NCBI GenBank assembly: GCA_903813345.2
Contig: CAIIXF020000001.1
Coordinates: 44,888,001 to 44,952,000, forward strand
Direction of reading: 5' to 3'
DNA: 64,000 nt
From: Owenia fusiformis
Taxonomy: Eukaryota
Numbering within the stretch: the stretch's first letter is position 1; every line of letters starts with the position of its first letter. The notes under the pieces are model-generated. The model was not told the origin of the DNA. It did not search any database and saw only the letters and a list, made by a program, of their open reading frames with translations. The translations under genes were made by a program, and so were the position numbers. Shown here in pieces: positions 62,200 to 64,000 of this stretch.

Positions 62200-62820
62200 T
62201 TTGTGGAGTTGAAGCTATACGTTTGCAGTATACACATGAAGATAGAAGCTGTACCTTAGAAGAATACATCTGATGAGCCAAGCTATACGTTTGCAGTATA
62301 CAAGGGCAGATTGAGGAAACTAAGTGTGAGGAACTTAGTTTATTTTGGAGATTGGAATTTTTTGGAAACTTTGATGTAGCTAAGTGAGAGGAACTTAGTT
62401 TATTTATCGCACTGGAAGTAAGGGAGATCTACAAGACTGGACAAAACTTCGACAGGGTGAAGCTATCCCCAGCGTAAAGCATTAGACGTATTGTCCAGCC
62501 TTCATAGACTGAGAGGAAATGCTGACATAACTTGTGTTTGAGAAACAAGCTATTTTGATCATCAAGGAACTTAGACGATTTACAACATTATTGGACTTAG
62601 TCAGTATTTGGTGAAACATTATTTTGGACTTTGTTATTTTTGGAGATAGAAATATTTAACTTAGAATATTTTAACATCAGTATAACTTAGTATGAAATTA
62701 ACTTAGTCAATATTTGGTGAAATATTATTTTGGACTTTGTTGTTTTTGGAAAGAGAAATATTGAACTTAGAATATTTTAATATCAGTATCACTTAACATT
62801 AAATGAACTTAGTCATTTTA
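62200..62820 (+). repeat. Complex direct-repeat region (23-bp, ~26-bp and ~105-bp duplications), probably part of a larger repeat element
   Basis: AGCTATACGTTTGCAGTATACA x2; CTAAGTG.GAGGAACTTAGTTTATTT x2; ACTTAGTCA.TATTTGGTGAAA... x2. Confidence 0.55.
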
Positions 62821-62899
62821 GAGGTCAAATATTTTCACATGTTATATTTTTGCATATGTCGTTGTGTGCATGCTATATTTGTAGGTAGCCTTATTATTT

Positions 62900-63880
62900 A
62901 ATTGTGAAGGAAGTAGGCTAGATGGACTTAGCAGTTGATGCCGTGTTTTAGATGTCCTTGGACTTGGTAGTTTGAAGATTGTGATATTTTGACTTATACA
63001 TCTACAGAGAGACGTTCCAGGACTTAGCAGTTTATTCAACGAGATATTTTGACTTTGATGATTTTTGGTCATTGAAGTTAGAATATACATCTCACAGAGA
63101 GGACGTTCCAGGACTTAGCAGATTATCAAGCGAGATATTTTGACTTTGATGATTTTGTGTCATTGAAGTTAGAATATACATCTACAGAGAGGAGGATCCA
63201 GGAGATAGTCGATTGCAGAGCAATAGTTTGACTTAGATTATTTCACATAATCAAAGTTGAATTATAATACAACACAGTGAAGAGGATCCAGGAGATAGCC
63301 GTTTACAGAGCAATAGTTTGACTTAGATTATTTCACATAATCAAAGTTGAATTATACTACAACTCAGAGAGAAGGATCCAGGAGATAACCATTTACAGAG
63401 TTGATAGTTTGACTTATATTATTTCACATAATCAAAGTTGAATTATACTACAACACATTGAGGAGGATCCAGGACTTAGGAGTTTACACAACTGATAGTT
63501 TGACTTAGATTATTTCACATAATCAAAGTTGAACTATACTACAACACAGAGAGGAGGATCCAGGAGATAGCCATTTACAGAGCCAATAGTTTGACTTGGA
63601 TTATTTCACATAATCAAAGTTGAACTATACTACAACACAGAGAGGAGGATCCAGGAGATAGCCATTTACCGAGCCGATAGTTGACTTGATGATTTCACAT
63701 TATCAAAGCTGAATTATACTACAATACAGTGAAGAGGATCCAGGAGATAGCCGTTTACTGAGCAATAGTTGACAGGATCCAGGAGATAGACATTTGCAGA
63801 GCCGCTGGTTGACTTAGATGATTTCATATCATCAAACTTGAATCATACTACACTACATTGAAGAGGATCCAGGAGATTAC
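62900..63880 (+). repeat. ~90-bp tandem minisatellite (GGATCCAGGAGATAG core), ~11 units
   Basis: GGATCC at 63194, 63284, 63374, 63465, 63556, 63647, 63736, 63775 (truncated unit) and 63865. More diverged units lie to the left. Confidence 0.88.
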
Positions 63881-64000
63881 TATTTCAGGTTCAAGTTACA
63901 AGTACAATACAAGACTTACAAGGGTTACAACATATATGGACTTTTAATATTGGAGATACAACAGTGTATATAGTGATCATTAACTTTAGTTATATGGACT

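Noticed and set aside
62900..63880. CRISPR-like array
   Set aside because: The entire ~90-bp unit is repeated, there are no unique spacers or cas genes, and the context is eukaryotic.

Overview
AT-rich, intron-rich animal genomic DNA, probably a marine invertebrate; the taxon cannot be determined from sequence alone. Three host-type genes were reconstructed by hand. (1) A minus-strand, 11-exon zinc-ribbon + HECT (G2E3-like) E3 ligase gene (357-12306). It may be cargo of an IS3EU-like DNA transposon whose terminus appears at 16242. (2) A giant plus-strand DEG/ENaC (ASIC-like) channel gene (>=17 exons, 32757-54958, ~2200 aa). Four LamG/pentraxin-like domains and mucin-like linkers are inserted in its finger region, and a ~490-aa helical insert lies in its knuckle. 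It also has a GC-AG intron and four candidate frame-preserving cassette mini-exons. (3) The 3' exon of a minus-strand Toll-like receptor (LRR-CT, TM, TIR) with a 1-nt frameshift. The most striking object is in the first mapped channel intron: a 5010-bp element (34744-39753) that is one almost perfect palindrome. It has Polinton/Maverick-type AGTAGT...ACTACT termini, an exact 6-bp target-site duplication (CGCATT) and a bulged hairpin centre. Each arm carries an intronless 228-aa gene (possibly PC4-like ssDNA-binding plus a Zn motif), a duplicated E2F/CCAAT/E-box promoter block and a 21-bp repeat array. The rest of the window is MITEs, Helentron-like non-autonomous elements (some nested) and tandem repeats.
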